NCBI GenBank assembly: GCA_000146045.2
Contig: BK006947.3
Span: forward strand, 576,001-640,000
Length of the DNA: 64,000 nucleotides
From: TPA_inf: Saccharomyces
Taxonomy: Eukaryota
Direction of reading: 5' to 3'
Shown: piece after piece, positions 11,848 through 23,935 of the stretch
How the letters are laid out: every line of letters starts with the position of its first letter
Numbering within the stretch: position 1 is the stretch's first letter
The notes under the pieces: model-generated
What the model was told of the DNA's origin: nothing
The model's input: the letters and a program-made list of their open reading frames with translations, nothing else
The model's database searches: none
Position numbers and translations under genes: made by a program

Positions 11848-12262
11848 ACTCAATACCTCACTAGTCGCGTTTTTATAACGTTCTAGGGAAAATTATGGGC
11901 CATTTTTTTACATAGAGCCTGCTCATCATAACTTTTGAATTATTTAAATACGAAGAATTACTTTCAGTGTTTGGGTGTGAGGGACTTTTCGTTTGGTCAA
12001 GCCAAAAAAGCTTAAGAGAAAAGAAAAATCTCTTCTGGTTTTACTTGACTAGGTTTCCAAATTATAATATCCGTATTATTAACGTGACACTCAGTATTCT
12101 CCATTCGTTTACGGGAACGTTGATATGTAAACATATGCAGATCCTCGTATTTTAGCAACGACAGGGAGAAACAAGAAATGAGATAGGATGAAAAAAAATA
12201 AAAGTTAGATATTTCTATTTAATTAGAATTCCGCGTAATAAATAATGACACGCTATTATAGT

Positions 12263-15160
12263 TCATGTATTATTATCCATTACAGGACTATCCTCTTGAA
12301 TTACGGGCGTATCCAACCTTCTTTCAAGTTCTTCTTCAGTTGAACACAACGAAATGGAATCGGCCAAAAATGCCTCTTTGGCCATAAAATCGAAGTGTCC
12401 AACCAAAAGCTCCATGTCACGTTCGGTATTCACGGATGCTGTTTCGTAATTTTCAGGATACACTAGTGCTGTTTTGCCATCATCAAGGATTAGGTATTGA
12501 GGATTCACTACTAACGTATGCTTGAGATGTGGTTCAAAAAATCTCCTTAGATCTTCGGCAGTATTTCCAGCAACCAAATTTTGAACCAAAAAACCATTTT
12601 TCTTAGCCACCTCTACTTTAGGTTCCGTATCTTGAACCTCGAAGTTGATTAGTTTAGCTGTGGTGCGAGCTTGAAATTCTTGTGCTTTCCTTTCCTTCTG
12701 CAATTGTTTAAATGATTCATATAGTGGGTAAGCTTCTGCTAATGATAAGACTGGTTTATTGCTTGCGCCATTATCTTCTTTCTTAATAAATACAGATCTC
12801 ATGGGCTCTCTGTCCTGAGACTCGGAATATAGGCCGTAAGCTTTGGCTAGTTCACGGATGAAGTGGCGTTGAGGAGGCCTCATAGGTTTGAAATGCAAGC
12901 TTGAACGTGTTTTATCGTCCATTAATTTATTAAGAATAGCTTCAATTTGTGAACACCATCTTTCTTGCTTTGAATATACTGATAATGCTGCCTCTGTAAA
13001 CGGTAACTGCAGTTCTTCAAATGTTGTAGCAACAGAGACCAGTTTTTTTAACGCATCTAGTTCATTACTTGTAAAATTATTGGTTTCTTCCTTAATTCCA
13101 AATGCCTCCTTCAATTCCTTTAGTCGTTTCAAAGCTTCACATTCTTCATTGCAATCCAGCACGGAAGATTCAGTTACACTTACTCTATCACTTTTTGCGC
13201 CACAAGTAACACTTTTTTTGATCCTTCCACATTTACAATAAATTTTCACTAGCGTGGCACAAGGTAAATCGGGACACTCTGTCTTACCATGGCACGGTTT
13301 AGGACATTCATGATTACAATTGAGCCTTTTTTGCCCACAGGTCTGTTTACACACCTTTTGGCAATTTCCTGGTAAATGACATGTTTTTTGGCAGGTATGA
13401 TAACAGTAAGAGAGTGGTATCCCACATTTTATTCCACATGATACGTCTGTTTGAAAACAAACCGTTCTCACTTTAGTTTTCTTCCCACATTTACAAGGTT
13501 TAAATACGGTTTCCGTACATGGCGGGCACGACACATCCAAGGAATGACAGGTATGTGGCATTGGTTTATGACCACACGTAGATTCGCCACGCACAACTTT
13601 AATACATGGATGATTACATGTAGGTAGCTTCGTGCCACAACGCACGGGTGCAGGAACAACTGTATTGCCACATGGGCAGACCAGATCGTTCGAATCACTC
13701 TCTAAACAGGGCGGACACTTTCCTGGGTGACATTTTCTCTGACATTTATGAATTCCACATGATAGGGTCAAGTTACACGGTTTTAGGCAGATATGTTTTG
13801 CTTCCACAAGAGACTCATCCAACAAATCTTGCGTTCTGAACAAGTTTTTCTTCCTTCTTATCGCCGATGGCCTACCACTGCAGCACCTATCGGTGCATCT
13901 ATGTCTACGGCATGACATCAGGGATTCGCATTTAATATTGCAGCGAGGCCTTCCTTGAAATCCACATGGAACTGAAAATGTACTTTGCTCACAAGCACAT
14001 TTTACACTATCAATTTGCAAGCAGGGTTCCATACAGGCTTTATCATGACAAGTGAAGGGGCACGAATGTTTGCCACATTTTAGTGGTTTACCGCATCTTG
14101 AGTCGCAGGTTGGTATCGGATCATCACAATGCTTACGAGGCTTAGTCAGTTCCTCTAGGGCTGTCCGGCCACAGGGACAAGTTTTCAAAGAGCTAGGCAA
14201 AAATGGGCATGCCTTTTCTCCATTAATTGTGGGTGGGCTTATGCAAGATTCTATGAATGAATGCTTGCGACATGAGTAGTCGACAACTCTATTATCTGCA
14301 CAGGCAAACACGCCTATCCACCTGTTCCCATTTTCATCCTTCGACGACTTACCGGACTTGGGAAACTTTGTTTCACTACACTTTATGTTAGCACGAGTGT
14401 GGTTACCACAGTAGCATTTTATTTGCTTTTTCGGACTATCTTTACTAATTATCATTTCTGGACATGGCCCACATAAGCCAGGGTGGCATTTCTTTTTACA
14501 GGTGTGGATGGAGCAAGATAAAGGCAATCCACATACTTCTTGACAGTTGAAGTTTTTTTTCATAACTTTAGACTGGTAACAAAAGATACTTTTCGAATGC
14601 TTACCACAGTGGCACATAATCTCGACCATTCTAGTACACTCTGGATGCGGCCCTAGATGACAAATTTTGGAACAACCATGCATACAAGTAGAAGCATTGC
14701 AGGTTTGTCCACATGAGTTAGGATCCAGCGGATTCGGATCAGGATTAACAACTTTACCGCACCAACATGTGGGCCGATTTTTTACCGGAACTCTTTTGCT
14801 AACATAATAGCAGTTTGGACATTTCCATATTCTATCTACGGTTTTTTCCGTTGATTTTAACGCCCATTCTCTTATGCATCCGTAATCAAACACTCTATAA
14901 CATCTCTTGCAAGCAAACATTTGGCACGTATAATCCATCTCTACTGTACAAATCATACAAACATATGAGTCACCGCTAGAAATTTCCTGGATCGCACGTT
15001 CGTAATATTGCATATCATCATCACTTTCCTCTTCATACGAACTAGGCTGCTCGTTGGCGTCTTCAACACTCGAAATACACCCATCGCTTAGGTTGTGATG
15101 TCTATAAGTGTCACCGCCGTCTTGATTTTGCTCCAGGCCTAAAGACTCATGTTCGGTCAT
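12263..15160 (-). CDS. FAP1: NF-X1-type zinc-finger protein (FKBP12-associated protein), 965 aa, with C-terminal R3H-like region
   Basis: N-terminal RING/PHD-like segment (CMIC...CKRCYRVFDYGCIREW), then about 8 tandem Cys-rich NF-X1 repeats (C-x-C-G-x-H-x-C-x3-CH...). Exact length match to Fap1. Confidence 0.9.
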   Translation of the reverse strand: MTEHESLGLEQNQDGGDTYRHHNLSDGCISSVEDANEQPSSYEEESDDDMQYYERAIQEISSGDSYVCMICTVEMDYTCQMFACKRCYRVFDYGCIREWALKSTEKTVDRIWKCPNCYYVSKRVPVKNRPTCWCGKVVNPDPNPLDPNSCGQTCNASTCMHGCSKICHLGPHPECTRMVEIMCHCGKHSKSIFCYQSKVMKKNFNCQEVCGLPLSCSIHTCKKKCHPGLCGPCPEMIISKDSPKKQIKCYCGNHTRANIKCSETKFPKSGKSSKDENGNRWIGVFACADNRVVDYSCRKHSFIESCISPPTINGEKACPFLPSSLKTCPCGRTALEELTKPRKHCDDPIPTCDSRCGKPLKCGKHSCPFTCHDKACMEPCLQIDSVKCACEQSTFSVPCGFQGRPRCNIKCESLMSCRRHRCTDRCCSGRPSAIRRKKNLFRTQDLLDESLVEAKHICLKPCNLTLSCGIHKCQRKCHPGKCPPCLESDSNDLVCPCGNTVVPAPVRCGTKLPTCNHPCIKVVRGESTCGHKPMPHTCHSLDVSCPPCTETVFKPCKCGKKTKVRTVCFQTDVSCGIKCGIPLSYCYHTCQKTCHLPGNCQKVCKQTCGQKRLNCNHECPKPCHGKTECPDLPCATLVKIYCKCGRIKKSVTCGAKSDRVSVTESSVLDCNEECEALKRLKELKEAFGIKEETNNFTSNELDALKKLVSVATTFEELQLPFTEAALSVYSKQERWCSQIEAILNKLMDDKTRSSLHFKPMRPPQRHFIRELAKAYGLYSESQDREPMRSVFIKKEDNGASNKPVLSLAEAYPLYESFKQLQKERKAQEFQARTTAKLINFEVQDTEPKVEVAKKNGFLVQNLVAGNTAEDLRRFFEPHLKHTLVVNPQYLILDDGKTALVYPENYETASVNTERDMELLVGHFDFMAKEAFLADSISLCSTEEELERRLDTPVIQEDSPVMDNNT

Positions 15161-15426
15161 TTGTAATGCCTACGACTGCAAATAGATTAGAGCAGTCTCG
15201 TCTCACGCTGTTTCACTTGGTTGTTGCCACTGTCGCAAGAAAGAACTTTTATATTTACGACCTTTTCACAGAGCTCATCGATAATTTTTATAATAGTATA
15301 TTACCCGAAAATCTTCCTTTATGTGCGGGATGTATAGATTATTGAAATGTCTTTTCCGTAGTACTACAGCAAAAATGCAATAATACATATCAGATATACA
15401 CATATATACATGAATGTTCTGAAAGT

Positions 15427-16899
15427 TTAATCTCTTTCAAAACAGACAGCAAAGAAACCAATACCACCGTCACTTTTTGGTAGTGCCCTGATACAACCCT
15501 CGGCAAGCTGTTGAGGGTCATAGGTGACTCCATCTCTAAAAACCTCTTCGAACTCTTCTACCTTGCCTCTTCTAGGCCAAGAAGGAATAACTTCTCTTTT
15601 TGGCGCTACTTTCCAACCCCATTCTCTAACTGACTTATCTAAAAGAAGGTCTATGACGACTCGTTCATTTTCTTCCGCATGAATGGAACATGTGCTGTAT
15701 ACTATTTTTTTAGCCGCTGGGAAACTCATTGCATGCTTTACCATCTGGAACTGAAATGAACTCAGCTTCGCTAACCTTGTCTGTAGTTCTTCCTTTGCTA
15801 TAAACTCCTCTTGCTCATCCGGCACAATGCCACCATCGTCATCTTTATCATCAATTTTCCTTCTATTAAATGAGTCAAAAAACTTACGACCAAATATACC
15901 GCTACCGGAGCAGCTCGGATCTACAATAAAACAAGTAACGTCCTTATATTTTTCAGGAGTAGCGAGCTTTGTAAAATCACCTACATTGACACTGATGTTG
16001 GGAGAACAGCCAGCTATCTTGATCATTTTTTGTAAAACTTTTGCTCTTTCAGGATCCTTCTCGAAAGCGTATATTCGAGTATTATTGTCCTTCGGTGGTT
16101 CGGGATATATATAAGAGGCCGTATGGGTAGTCTTATTACCTGGAGCAGAGCAGGAATCTATCACAATATCACTTGGTCCTGGATTCAAAATGTGGGCTGG
16201 AAAACAAGAAGCACGATCTTGAATGATAATCTTCCCATGCTTATAAAGCTCATGTGCTGTAATTTTGTCAGACGGATGAATTCCAAACAAGTTTGGAATA
16301 AACTCATCATAATAGATAGACCCAGGAACTAGTTCAGACCATTTGTCTACCTTTAAAGTAAACTTCTTCCTCAATTCGGCTAACACCGGCTCAGTCTCAC
16401 CATTTGGATGGCATTTTAATGGATTGATTCTAATCCATCTAACAGGAGGAAGGTCATTGGAAATATCCTCGCTTAATACCAACTCAGATAGCTCTCTTAC
16501 TTTCAATTTGAGTTTCAATTTGACCATTTCGCTATGCAATGGGCTCTTAAACTTCAAAACATAATCTTTGATGGGGTGTTTGCCCATTTGAATTCTTTTC
16601 TGCTTAGACAACAGCAAATCATGGCAAAGCAATAACAAAGTTAGCCTTGAAAAGAGTGGTTTGCCCTTTTTCTTGGGTATATCTTCCAATATGTGTGCCT
16701 TTTTCATCACTTTCTCCAAATATGGTTTATATTTCCAACACGAATCGAGAACTGCATAAATATGTTTTGGATTACTTTTCAGCTTATATCTTTTACAGCT
16801 TTTCAGTACCAGCGTCTGCATAGAGCCGGAAATCCTTTCTTTTGCAGCCTCCTTCTCAATATCTTCTAGCACCCATGTTGCATCCCTGTAGAAATTCAT
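15427..16899 (-). CDS. RCM1: NOL1/NOP2/Sun-family rRNA (cytosine-C5) methyltransferase (25S rRNA m5C2278), 490 aa
   Basis: Sun-family catalytic motifs [13 protein letters not shown] and PC-containing [10 protein letters not shown]. Length and position match YNL022C. Confidence 0.88.
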
Positions 16900-17226
16900 G
16901 CTTTTTCGTAGCTAACTTCTCAGTGAAACACTTGGTGAAGAACCAGCTCTTCTCTTAACCTCATCGAATATTTTAGGCCAGTTTTTTTTTTCCTCACTTG
17001 CCATTTTCCCGCACCGTTTGGAAATCTCGAGGAAAATGCTTCTTTCCAAAAGTTTAATCAGGTCACTAATTAGGTAAATAGAGCTGGGAGGAAGCATATA
17101 CAGTGTTTCGTCTGTGGAAGGAACTTTTATTTTTCTTAAATGTTTTAATTTTTAGTGACCTAATTCACATAACAAAATATTGAGAAAGGGAAAGTTGAGC
17201 ACTGTAATACGCCGAACAGATTAAGC

Positions 17227-19347
17227 ATGGATTCTGTAATGGTTAAGAAAGAAGTACTGGAAAATCCAGACCATGATTTAAAAAGAAAGCTAGAAGAGAA
17301 CAAAGAAGAAGAGAATAGCCTCTCTACTACTTCTAAAAGTAAAAGGCAGGTTATTGTTCCCGTTTGCATGCCAAAAATCCATTATTCACCGCTGAAAACT
17401 GGTCTTTGCTATGACGTTAGAATGAGGTATCATGCAAAGATTTTCACATCGTACTTCGAGTACATTGATCCACATCCAGAGGACCCAAGAAGAATATATC
17501 GTATTTATAAAATACTAGCAGAGAATGGTCTGATTAACGACCCCACTTTAAGCGGCGTGGATGACCTTGGTGATTTAATGCTGAAGATACCTGTAAGAGC
17601 CGCAACCTCCGAAGAAATCTTGGAAGTTCATACAAAGGAACATTTAGAGTTTATTGAAAGCACAGAAAAAATGAGCCGAGAAGAGTTATTAAAAGAGACT
17701 GAAAAAGGTGATTCCGTATATTTCAATAATGATTCTTACGCGAGTGCTAGGCTGCCTTGTGGTGGCGCCATTGAAGCATGCAAGGCGGTTGTCGAGGGGC
17801 GTGTAAAAAACTCTCTAGCTGTCGTAAGACCACCTGGCCATCATGCAGAGCCTCAAGCTGCGGGTGGTTTTTGTCTCTTCAGTAATGTTGCTGTTGCTGC
17901 CAAGAATATCTTAAAGAACTACCCAGAAAGTGTAAGAAGGATAATGATTTTAGATTGGGATATTCATCATGGTAATGGCACACAAAAGTCATTCTATCAA
18001 GACGATCAGGTGCTATATGTGTCATTACACAGATTTGAAATGGGTAAATACTATCCTGGGACCATCCAAGGACAATATGATCAAACTGGTGAGGGTAAGG
18101 GTGAAGGATTCAATTGTAATATTACTTGGCCGGTCGGCGGTGTTGGTGATGCAGAATATATGTGGGCATTTGAACAGGTAGTTATGCCTATGGGGAGAGA
18201 ATTCAAGCCTGACTTGGTGATTATTTCTTCAGGGTTTGATGCCGCGGATGGTGATACTATCGGACAATGTCATGTCACCCCAAGTTGTTATGGACACATG
18301 ACACATATGTTAAAATCTCTAGCTAGAGGTAATCTTTGTGTAGTTTTGGAAGGTGGATATAACTTGGATGCGATTGCAAGAAGCGCTTTGAGTGTAGCAA
18401 AAGTACTAATAGGGGAGCCTCCTGATGAACTACCTGATCCATTAAGTGATCCCAAGCCTGAGGTCATAGAAATGATAGACAAAGTAATTCGGTTACAGTC
18501 CAAGTATTGGAACTGTTTTAGAAGGAGACATGCTAACTCCGGTTGTAATTTTAACGAACCTATTAACGACTCGATAATATCTAAAAATTTTCCTCTGCAG
18601 AAGGCTATTCGTCAACAACAGCAACACTATTTAAGCGACGAATTTAATTTCGTTACTTTACCGTTAGTAAGCATGGATTTACCAGATAATACAGTGCTAT
18701 GTACTCCAAACATTTCCGAATCTAACACTATAATTATAGTCGTTCATGATACTTCTGATATCTGGGCAAAGAGAAATGTTATTTCAGGTACAATTGACTT
18801 ATCCTCATCAGTTATCATTGATAATTCTCTAGACTTTATCAAATGGGGACTTGACAGGAAATACGGCATCATTGATGTAAATATACCTCTAACTCTGTTT
18901 GAACCTGACAATTACTCAGGAATGATTACATCCCAAGAAGTTCTAATATATTTATGGGATAACTACATCAAGTATTTTCCTTCTGTTGCCAAAATTGCTT
19001 TTATTGGAATAGGAGACTCATACTCAGGTATCGTACATCTGCTTGGTCACAGGGATACTAGGGCTGTTACTAAAACGGTAATTAATTTCTTGGGAGACAA
19101 GCAGTTAAAGCCACTAGTTCCTCTAGTAGATGAAACATTGAGTGAATGGTACTTCAAAAACTCACTTATATTTTCAAACAATAGCCACCAATGCTGGAAA
19201 GAAAATGAAAGCAGAAAACCAAGAAAAAAATTCGGTAGAGTTTTGAGATGTGATACGGACGGGTTAAACAATATAATTGAAGAAAGATTTGAAGAGGCTA
19301 CAGACTTTATACTGGATTCGTTTGAAGAATGGAGTGATGAAGAATGA
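17227..19347 (+). CDS. HDA1: Class II histone deacetylase catalytic subunit, 706 aa
   Basis: Arginase/deacetylase fold motifs (RPPGHHAE, DWDIHHGNGTQ, GGYN); C-terminal Arb2-like region. Confidence 0.93.
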   Translation: MDSVMVKKEVLENPDHDLKRKLEENKEEENSLSTTSKSKRQVIVPVCMPKIHYSPLKTGLCYDVRMRYHAKIFTSYFEYIDPHPEDPRRIYRIYKILAENGLINDPTLSGVDDLGDLMLKIPVRAATSEEILEVHTKEHLEFIESTEKMSREELLKETEKGDSVYFNNDSYASARLPCGGAIEACKAVVEGRVKNSLAVVRPPGHHAEPQAAGGFCLFSNVAVAAKNILKNYPESVRRIMILDWDIHHGNGTQKSFYQDDQVLYVSLHRFEMGKYYPGTIQGQYDQTGEGKGEGFNCNITWPVGGVGDAEYMWAFEQVVMPMGREFKPDLVIISSGFDAADGDTIGQCHVTPSCYGHMTHMLKSLARGNLCVVLEGGYNLDAIARSALSVAKVLIGEPPDELPDPLSDPKPEVIEMIDKVIRLQSKYWNCFRRRHANSGCNFNEPINDSIISKNFPLQKAIRQQQQHYLSDEFNFVTLPLVSMDLPDNTVLCTPNISESNTIIIVVHDTSDIWAKRNVISGTIDLSSSVIIDNSLDFIKWGLDRKYGIIDVNIPLTLFEPDNYSGMITSQEVLIYLWDNYIKYFPSVAKIAFIGIGDSYSGIVHLLGHRDTRAVTKTVINFLGDKQLKPLVPLVDETLSEWYFKNSLIFSNNSHQCWKENESRKPRKKFGRVLRCDTDGLNNIIEERFEEATDFILDSFEEWSDEE

Positions 19348-19622
19348 GGAAAAACTGGCCATTAATAATTTTTTTTCGGCAACCTTCATGCCTTATGAAA
19401 GTTGAATAATAATAAAGTTGTTACAATGTTCATTGTATAATCCAATATATCTAAAATAGGAAAAAGAAATGAACAAATGCATTAAGCTGTGTTTTACTAA
19501 GTATTATGGGAAAACGTATACATTAAAGTGGATGCTTACATATATAACACATTGTAATAAAGGTTCTTTGAACATGTTACCAGCCTCTTCAGAGATCGAT
19601 CCGGTTCTGTTGAGCCAAATAC

Positions 19623-21539
19623 TCACTTATCCAAGGATAACTTTCGTCCCGCGAGGAGCAGTGGTTTTGGAGGAGGTTTAGGCTTTAAATGTGAAGGCTT
19701 AGGTGGTGGGGTAGGTTTTGTTTTTTTGTCTTTTGAAATCGGGCCACTTGATTTCAGCATTGTTGGCTTATCTATCTCCCCTTTCTCATGCAGCTTGACC
19801 TTGGACATTTTCCTAGCGTTGAATGACTCCTCAGAAGAGTTGAGTTTATCGATCATACGCTGTTGAATGGAGTTCTTCAAATTCTGCTTAGATACGTCCA
19901 AATCTTCATAAGATGGTTTGTTAAGATCGTCTTTGGAATTATCAATCGTATTAACGAATGTCGACTTAAAAGGTGAATTTTCGTGTTTCAAATTTACCTT
20001 TGTAGACGTTGGGGTGAAGCTAGTGCCTGGTAGGCTTGATGAAGTAAGAGATTCCTTTACGGATTGGTTTTTTTTTATGTTACCGCGTGTGGAATAAGAA
20101 CCTAGAGATCGAGTTTTCTTTAATTCATCTACGTCTCCAGAATAAGATTCATCTGAAGAGGAAGAAGAATCTTCGTACTGGGGTATTATGTTTTGTAGTG
20201 GAAAGTCTATTGAATTATTCTGCCTAAAAGTATGTGCTTCAGAGACAATTGCCTGCTTTAACTTGGTTGCGGAATTTGCCTTGAGTTCGTTGTCATTATT
20301 TGAAACACTACTCGCTAGCGGTTCAACAAGTGGAGGATCCAATGCGTGGTACATATTCTGTGATTTGTCAAAAAGTGGTTGAGAACCTTTGGCGGAATTA
20401 CTGAAGCTAGCGTCATATGCTATTTGTGATGGTTTTCTATTAGGATGCATTTGTGCTGTTGTAGTATTATCAGCCATGCTGATTTGAAATGTAGCGTTCG
20501 GCATCGTATTTTCCATGGTTGTGGGAGAGTTCAAGCTTAGAATATTTTGTGTTGCCGAAAGCTGATGAAGTTCGGTCAAATTCAAATGGCTACTGGGCGC
20601 CTGAACCACTTGTATGTCATTTATTGGACACGGAACATTTTGCATAATTGATATCCTCTTCAGTAGTTGATAAACGTTAGGCCTATGGCGCGGATCTTGA
20701 ACCAATATATCACGTATTAAGCCTTTCAACTGTTCACTGTAGTTCGGATACAATGGAAATTCAAACTTTCCGCTTAATATGGCAAGATCACCGCCCTTTT
20801 CAAACGGTGTTGTGTAATAGCAAAGCTTATATAGAAAAATACCCAGCGCCCATATATCCGACTTTTCATCTATCGGCAGACCGCGAAATGTATCAATCAT
20901 CTCTGGCGACCGGTACTGTGCAGTTGTGTTTTTCAAAATGTCTTGCTGAACATATGATAGCTCTTGTGAATTCCTAGGAGGCCTTATAATACCGCATACA
21001 GAACCAAAGTCACAAAGCTTGTACTCATTATTGGCTGAGATAAGAACATTTTCTATCTTTATATCACGGTGAATTAACGGAGGTTGCAAAGCATGCATAG
21101 CGGCAACTCCTTGAGTAACTTGGCTCATTATTTGCAAAATTTCAAATTCATGAAGCCTGTTTTGTAGCCTTGTGTTCATAAAATCAATGAGACCACCTCT
21201 TTCACAATATTCCATTAAGACGAATACTTCATACGAACCATTATGTAACATTGCCTTAGCTGCATGAGAATCAATGTAAGATACAACATACCTATTGTTT
21301 TTCAGCAACCTCATAGCATCTACTTCAGCTCTTAAAGTGTTTAGACTAGGTTTGTCTGGAACAATGACTCTTTTTAAGCATGCAACGCTTGAATTAGAAT
21401 GTGGGTCAGGTGGGTTGATTAACGCGGAATATACTTGAGCGAACCCACCGCTTGTTAGATATTTAATGATCTCAACCTGATGTGACCCAACTGTTAACTG
21501 TGTACCTACATTGTAAGTGCCAATTTGAGGTTGATTCAT
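19623..21539 (-). CDS. ARK1: Ark/Prk-family Ser/Thr protein kinase regulating the actin cytoskeleton and endocytosis, 638 aa
   Basis: N-terminal kinase domain (HRDIKIENVLI, DFGS); C-terminal Pro-rich tail (KPTPPPKPSHLKPKPPPKP). Confidence 0.9.
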   Translation of the reverse strand: MNQPQIGTYNVGTQLTVGSHQVEIIKYLTSGGFAQVYSALINPPDPHSNSSVACLKRVIVPDKPSLNTLRAEVDAMRLLKNNRYVVSYIDSHAAKAMLHNGSYEVFVLMEYCERGGLIDFMNTRLQNRLHEFEILQIMSQVTQGVAAMHALQPPLIHRDIKIENVLISANNEYKLCDFGSVCGIIRPPRNSQELSYVQQDILKNTTAQYRSPEMIDTFRGLPIDEKSDIWALGIFLYKLCYYTTPFEKGGDLAILSGKFEFPLYPNYSEQLKGLIRDILVQDPRHRPNVYQLLKRISIMQNVPCPINDIQVVQAPSSHLNLTELHQLSATQNILSLNSPTTMENTMPNATFQISMADNTTTAQMHPNRKPSQIAYDASFSNSAKGSQPLFDKSQNMYHALDPPLVEPLASSVSNNDNELKANSATKLKQAIVSEAHTFRQNNSIDFPLQNIIPQYEDSSSSSDESYSGDVDELKKTRSLGSYSTRGNIKKNQSVKESLTSSSLPGTSFTPTSTKVNLKHENSPFKSTFVNTIDNSKDDLNKPSYEDLDVSKQNLKNSIQQRMIDKLNSSEESFNARKMSKVKLHEKGEIDKPTMLKSSGPISKDKKTKPTPPPKPSHLKPKPPPKPLLLAGRKLSLDK

Positions 21540-22375
21540 GTTGATTTATCTGGTTGCTTAAAATACCTAATTATGCAGAGTAATATTTCTTTCTCAGGGA
21601 AAGAAGTTGGCAAAGAAAATATAGGACCACGAAGGAGAAACAATTAGCACTTTTAGGATGTTTCCTTGGCCTATTCTTATTTTATTATCATGAAAAAATT
21701 ATTTTTTCTGCACGTTGATTTACCAAAAGAATAGTTAAATCAACAAGGCTTAGAATTCGGACCCTATTGCTGCGAGGCGAAAGAGGGCTATGCATAAACA
21801 TGAGTTCGAAATAACCCGTAAATCATAAACAAACCTAAATAAGCCGTGGTTAGCGGCCTTTTTTCGTTATTACCCCAAGATAAATGTGCAGCTCTTGTAA
21901 GCTCAGCATACATACTTGTTGAGTGTGTCAGGAACTGTTTTCAGGAACCCAAGGTTGAAGTGTTAAAATTAAGAAGCTGGATTGTGCTCTCCATATTAAA
22001 TGAAGCGTAGTTACAAATCGTTGGCATGGAGAAGTTTGCCTCGTGTTTACATTTACAATACTAAATAGTTGTACTGAGGTTTGACGAATATAAGGGAGTA
22101 AGGAGCGCATCGTGTTTCTCTCTTCAAGTTAATACTATGGAGACCTTGGCCATTTGAAAGTACTATAAAAAGCCACTGAAGTAGTATCATTCCCGGCTGC
22201 TTCCAAGTTGGCGAGCCGCAAGACTCAATGCCGCTGTATATTTTTACTGGGAAACAGGTTTGAGTGTTCACAGATTGAAATTTTTATTAAGACCTATTAA
22301 GTGAAATACTGACAGATACTATGTACATGTAGGGGTAAGTTGGTGTATGGTGTGTACAGCCAGGAGCAGCTCCAT

Positions 22376-23230
22376 CTATAGCAAGCTTGAAGAGTACATA
22401 TGGACGCTTAGTAACGTCTGGTTAGGCCGGTCTCTCGATAAAACCGCGAACCCGTTTCTTTCCCCCTGCCAGTCCTCTCTGTTAAGAGTTGAAGCCAGTT
22501 TAGTGATGCCGCCCAGTACTTCTATCGTATAATCTCCAAAAAGTGTGTATAGTTCGCTTACAGAGGGCATTTTCGATGAAATATCCGCGAACCCCAAGGC
22601 GCTCACTGATCCAGCATCTAAAATCGAAATACTCCCATGGTTGTGGTGGGATAGCGAGTCCAGAGTGTACTGGTCAAAGCATATCTCTGTAGACAAATCG
22701 TGGAATGGCACTATCGAGTTTTCTCCGACGGTCATGAGTAGACATTTCTGCCGGTTGCTTCCTTCGAACGGGTACACTAGTTTCTGAGTGATATCCATTT
22801 TAGTAAAAGCTTTCCCGACACCCTTTCCGAAGATTCTGCCGACCATTTCCCCAAATCCCAGTCCTACCATTTTTTCCATATCAGCATCGCTATTCAGCTT
22901 ATTTTCCTGCAGATACTTCAGAAGATAGCCCCAAGCGGTGAGTAGTAGGACAATAAAGTTCAGCGCACAAGAAGTTATTTTCAAAGGACCCTTCCACTTA
23001 AATGGTGCGCAGTTGAAAAGAAACTGCATGGTTTGAATTATGTTAGTAGCAGTATTCAAAGCGGTTTCCGCTTTGTTTTGTGGTTGCGGTGCGGCAGTCA
23101 CAGTTGTGATTTCGGTGATTGTTGACGTAGTAAATACAGTTGTTACATCGACCGAGTGACAAAGTACGGTTAGGGAGGTAACCAACGCAAGGAAAAGGAC
23201 GGTTGTCCTTGATTCTCTGGAGTAAAGCAT
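22376..23230 (-). CDS. Uncharacterised protein with an N-terminal hydrophobic segment followed by a Thr/Val-rich stretch, 284 aa
   Basis: Corresponds in length and position to YNL019C (MLYSRESRTTVLFLALVTSLTVLCHS...). The track extension starts at a GTG codon; first ATG is at 23230. Confidence 0.7.
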   Translation of the reverse strand: MLYSRESRTTVLFLALVTSLTVLCHSVDVTTVFTTSTITEITTVTAAPQPQNKAETALNTATNIIQTMQFLFNCAPFKWKGPLKITSCALNFIVLLLTAWGYLLKYLQENKLNSDADMEKMVGLGFGEMVGRIFGKGVGKAFTKMDITQKLVYPFEGSNRQKCLLMTVGENSIVPFHDLSTEICFDQYTLDSLSHHNHGSISILDAGSVSALGFADISSKMPSVSELYTLFGDYTIEVLGGITKLASTLNREDWQGERNGFAVLSRDRPNQTLLSVHMYSSSLL

Positions 23231-23935
23231 AATCTCGCGCACGCTCTTGCTATTGACAGCCTCGTTGTATCAACTTGTGTTTAGGAAAGGAGGCAGAATA
23301 AAGATTAAAAATGGAAGAAAAGACTCAATGGTTCCAGCGAAACAAAGATGTTTGAAAAAAAAAATAATTCAGAAACGAGTCTCTTGTCAGGAAAGCAGTG
23401 TCAGGAAAACAGTGTCTGTTCTATAGTTTGTGTTGTGTCCTTCAAGCACTTTTGGTGTTAAAAAACCTTGCTAAAGTTTTGTACAGGTTTATACCGTTGT
23501 GCAAAAACTGCTGCTAGGATAACTGAACAGTTGTTTCTGTGGCAGATGTTGTGAATAGGCGCCTTTATTTTAAGGGTCCAGTGATCCGCGATGTGAATAA
23601 ATACGCGCGCCTCTCTCGAAGGAACCTTCTGGGGCTGCTTCTGTCGATAAGAAAGCTTGGCAAAGGCCTTACTTGGCATTTAAGTAAAGCCTTTGCTTTA
23701 CTGCTTCTTTCCCGCCTTTTTGGTGCATTGGGTTAATTGATGAATATGCGTAAAATTTAAATCAGACTATGAAAACATATATAACAACTATTACAAGAGA
23801 GGTGGTAGTCTACTTGAAGAGGCGCGCCAGAAGAAAACGGTGGTAAGTACGAAGTTATGTGTAGACTAACTTGCTTGTTAAAAAGTATTTGGTCAGCCGT
23901 GCCAAACAGTTCGAACTATCAGAACTTCTGACGGT

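Noticed and set aside
12888-13241. 117-aa plus-strand ORF inside FAP1
   Set aside because: Antisense of the Cys-rich NF-X1 repeat region; no independent support.
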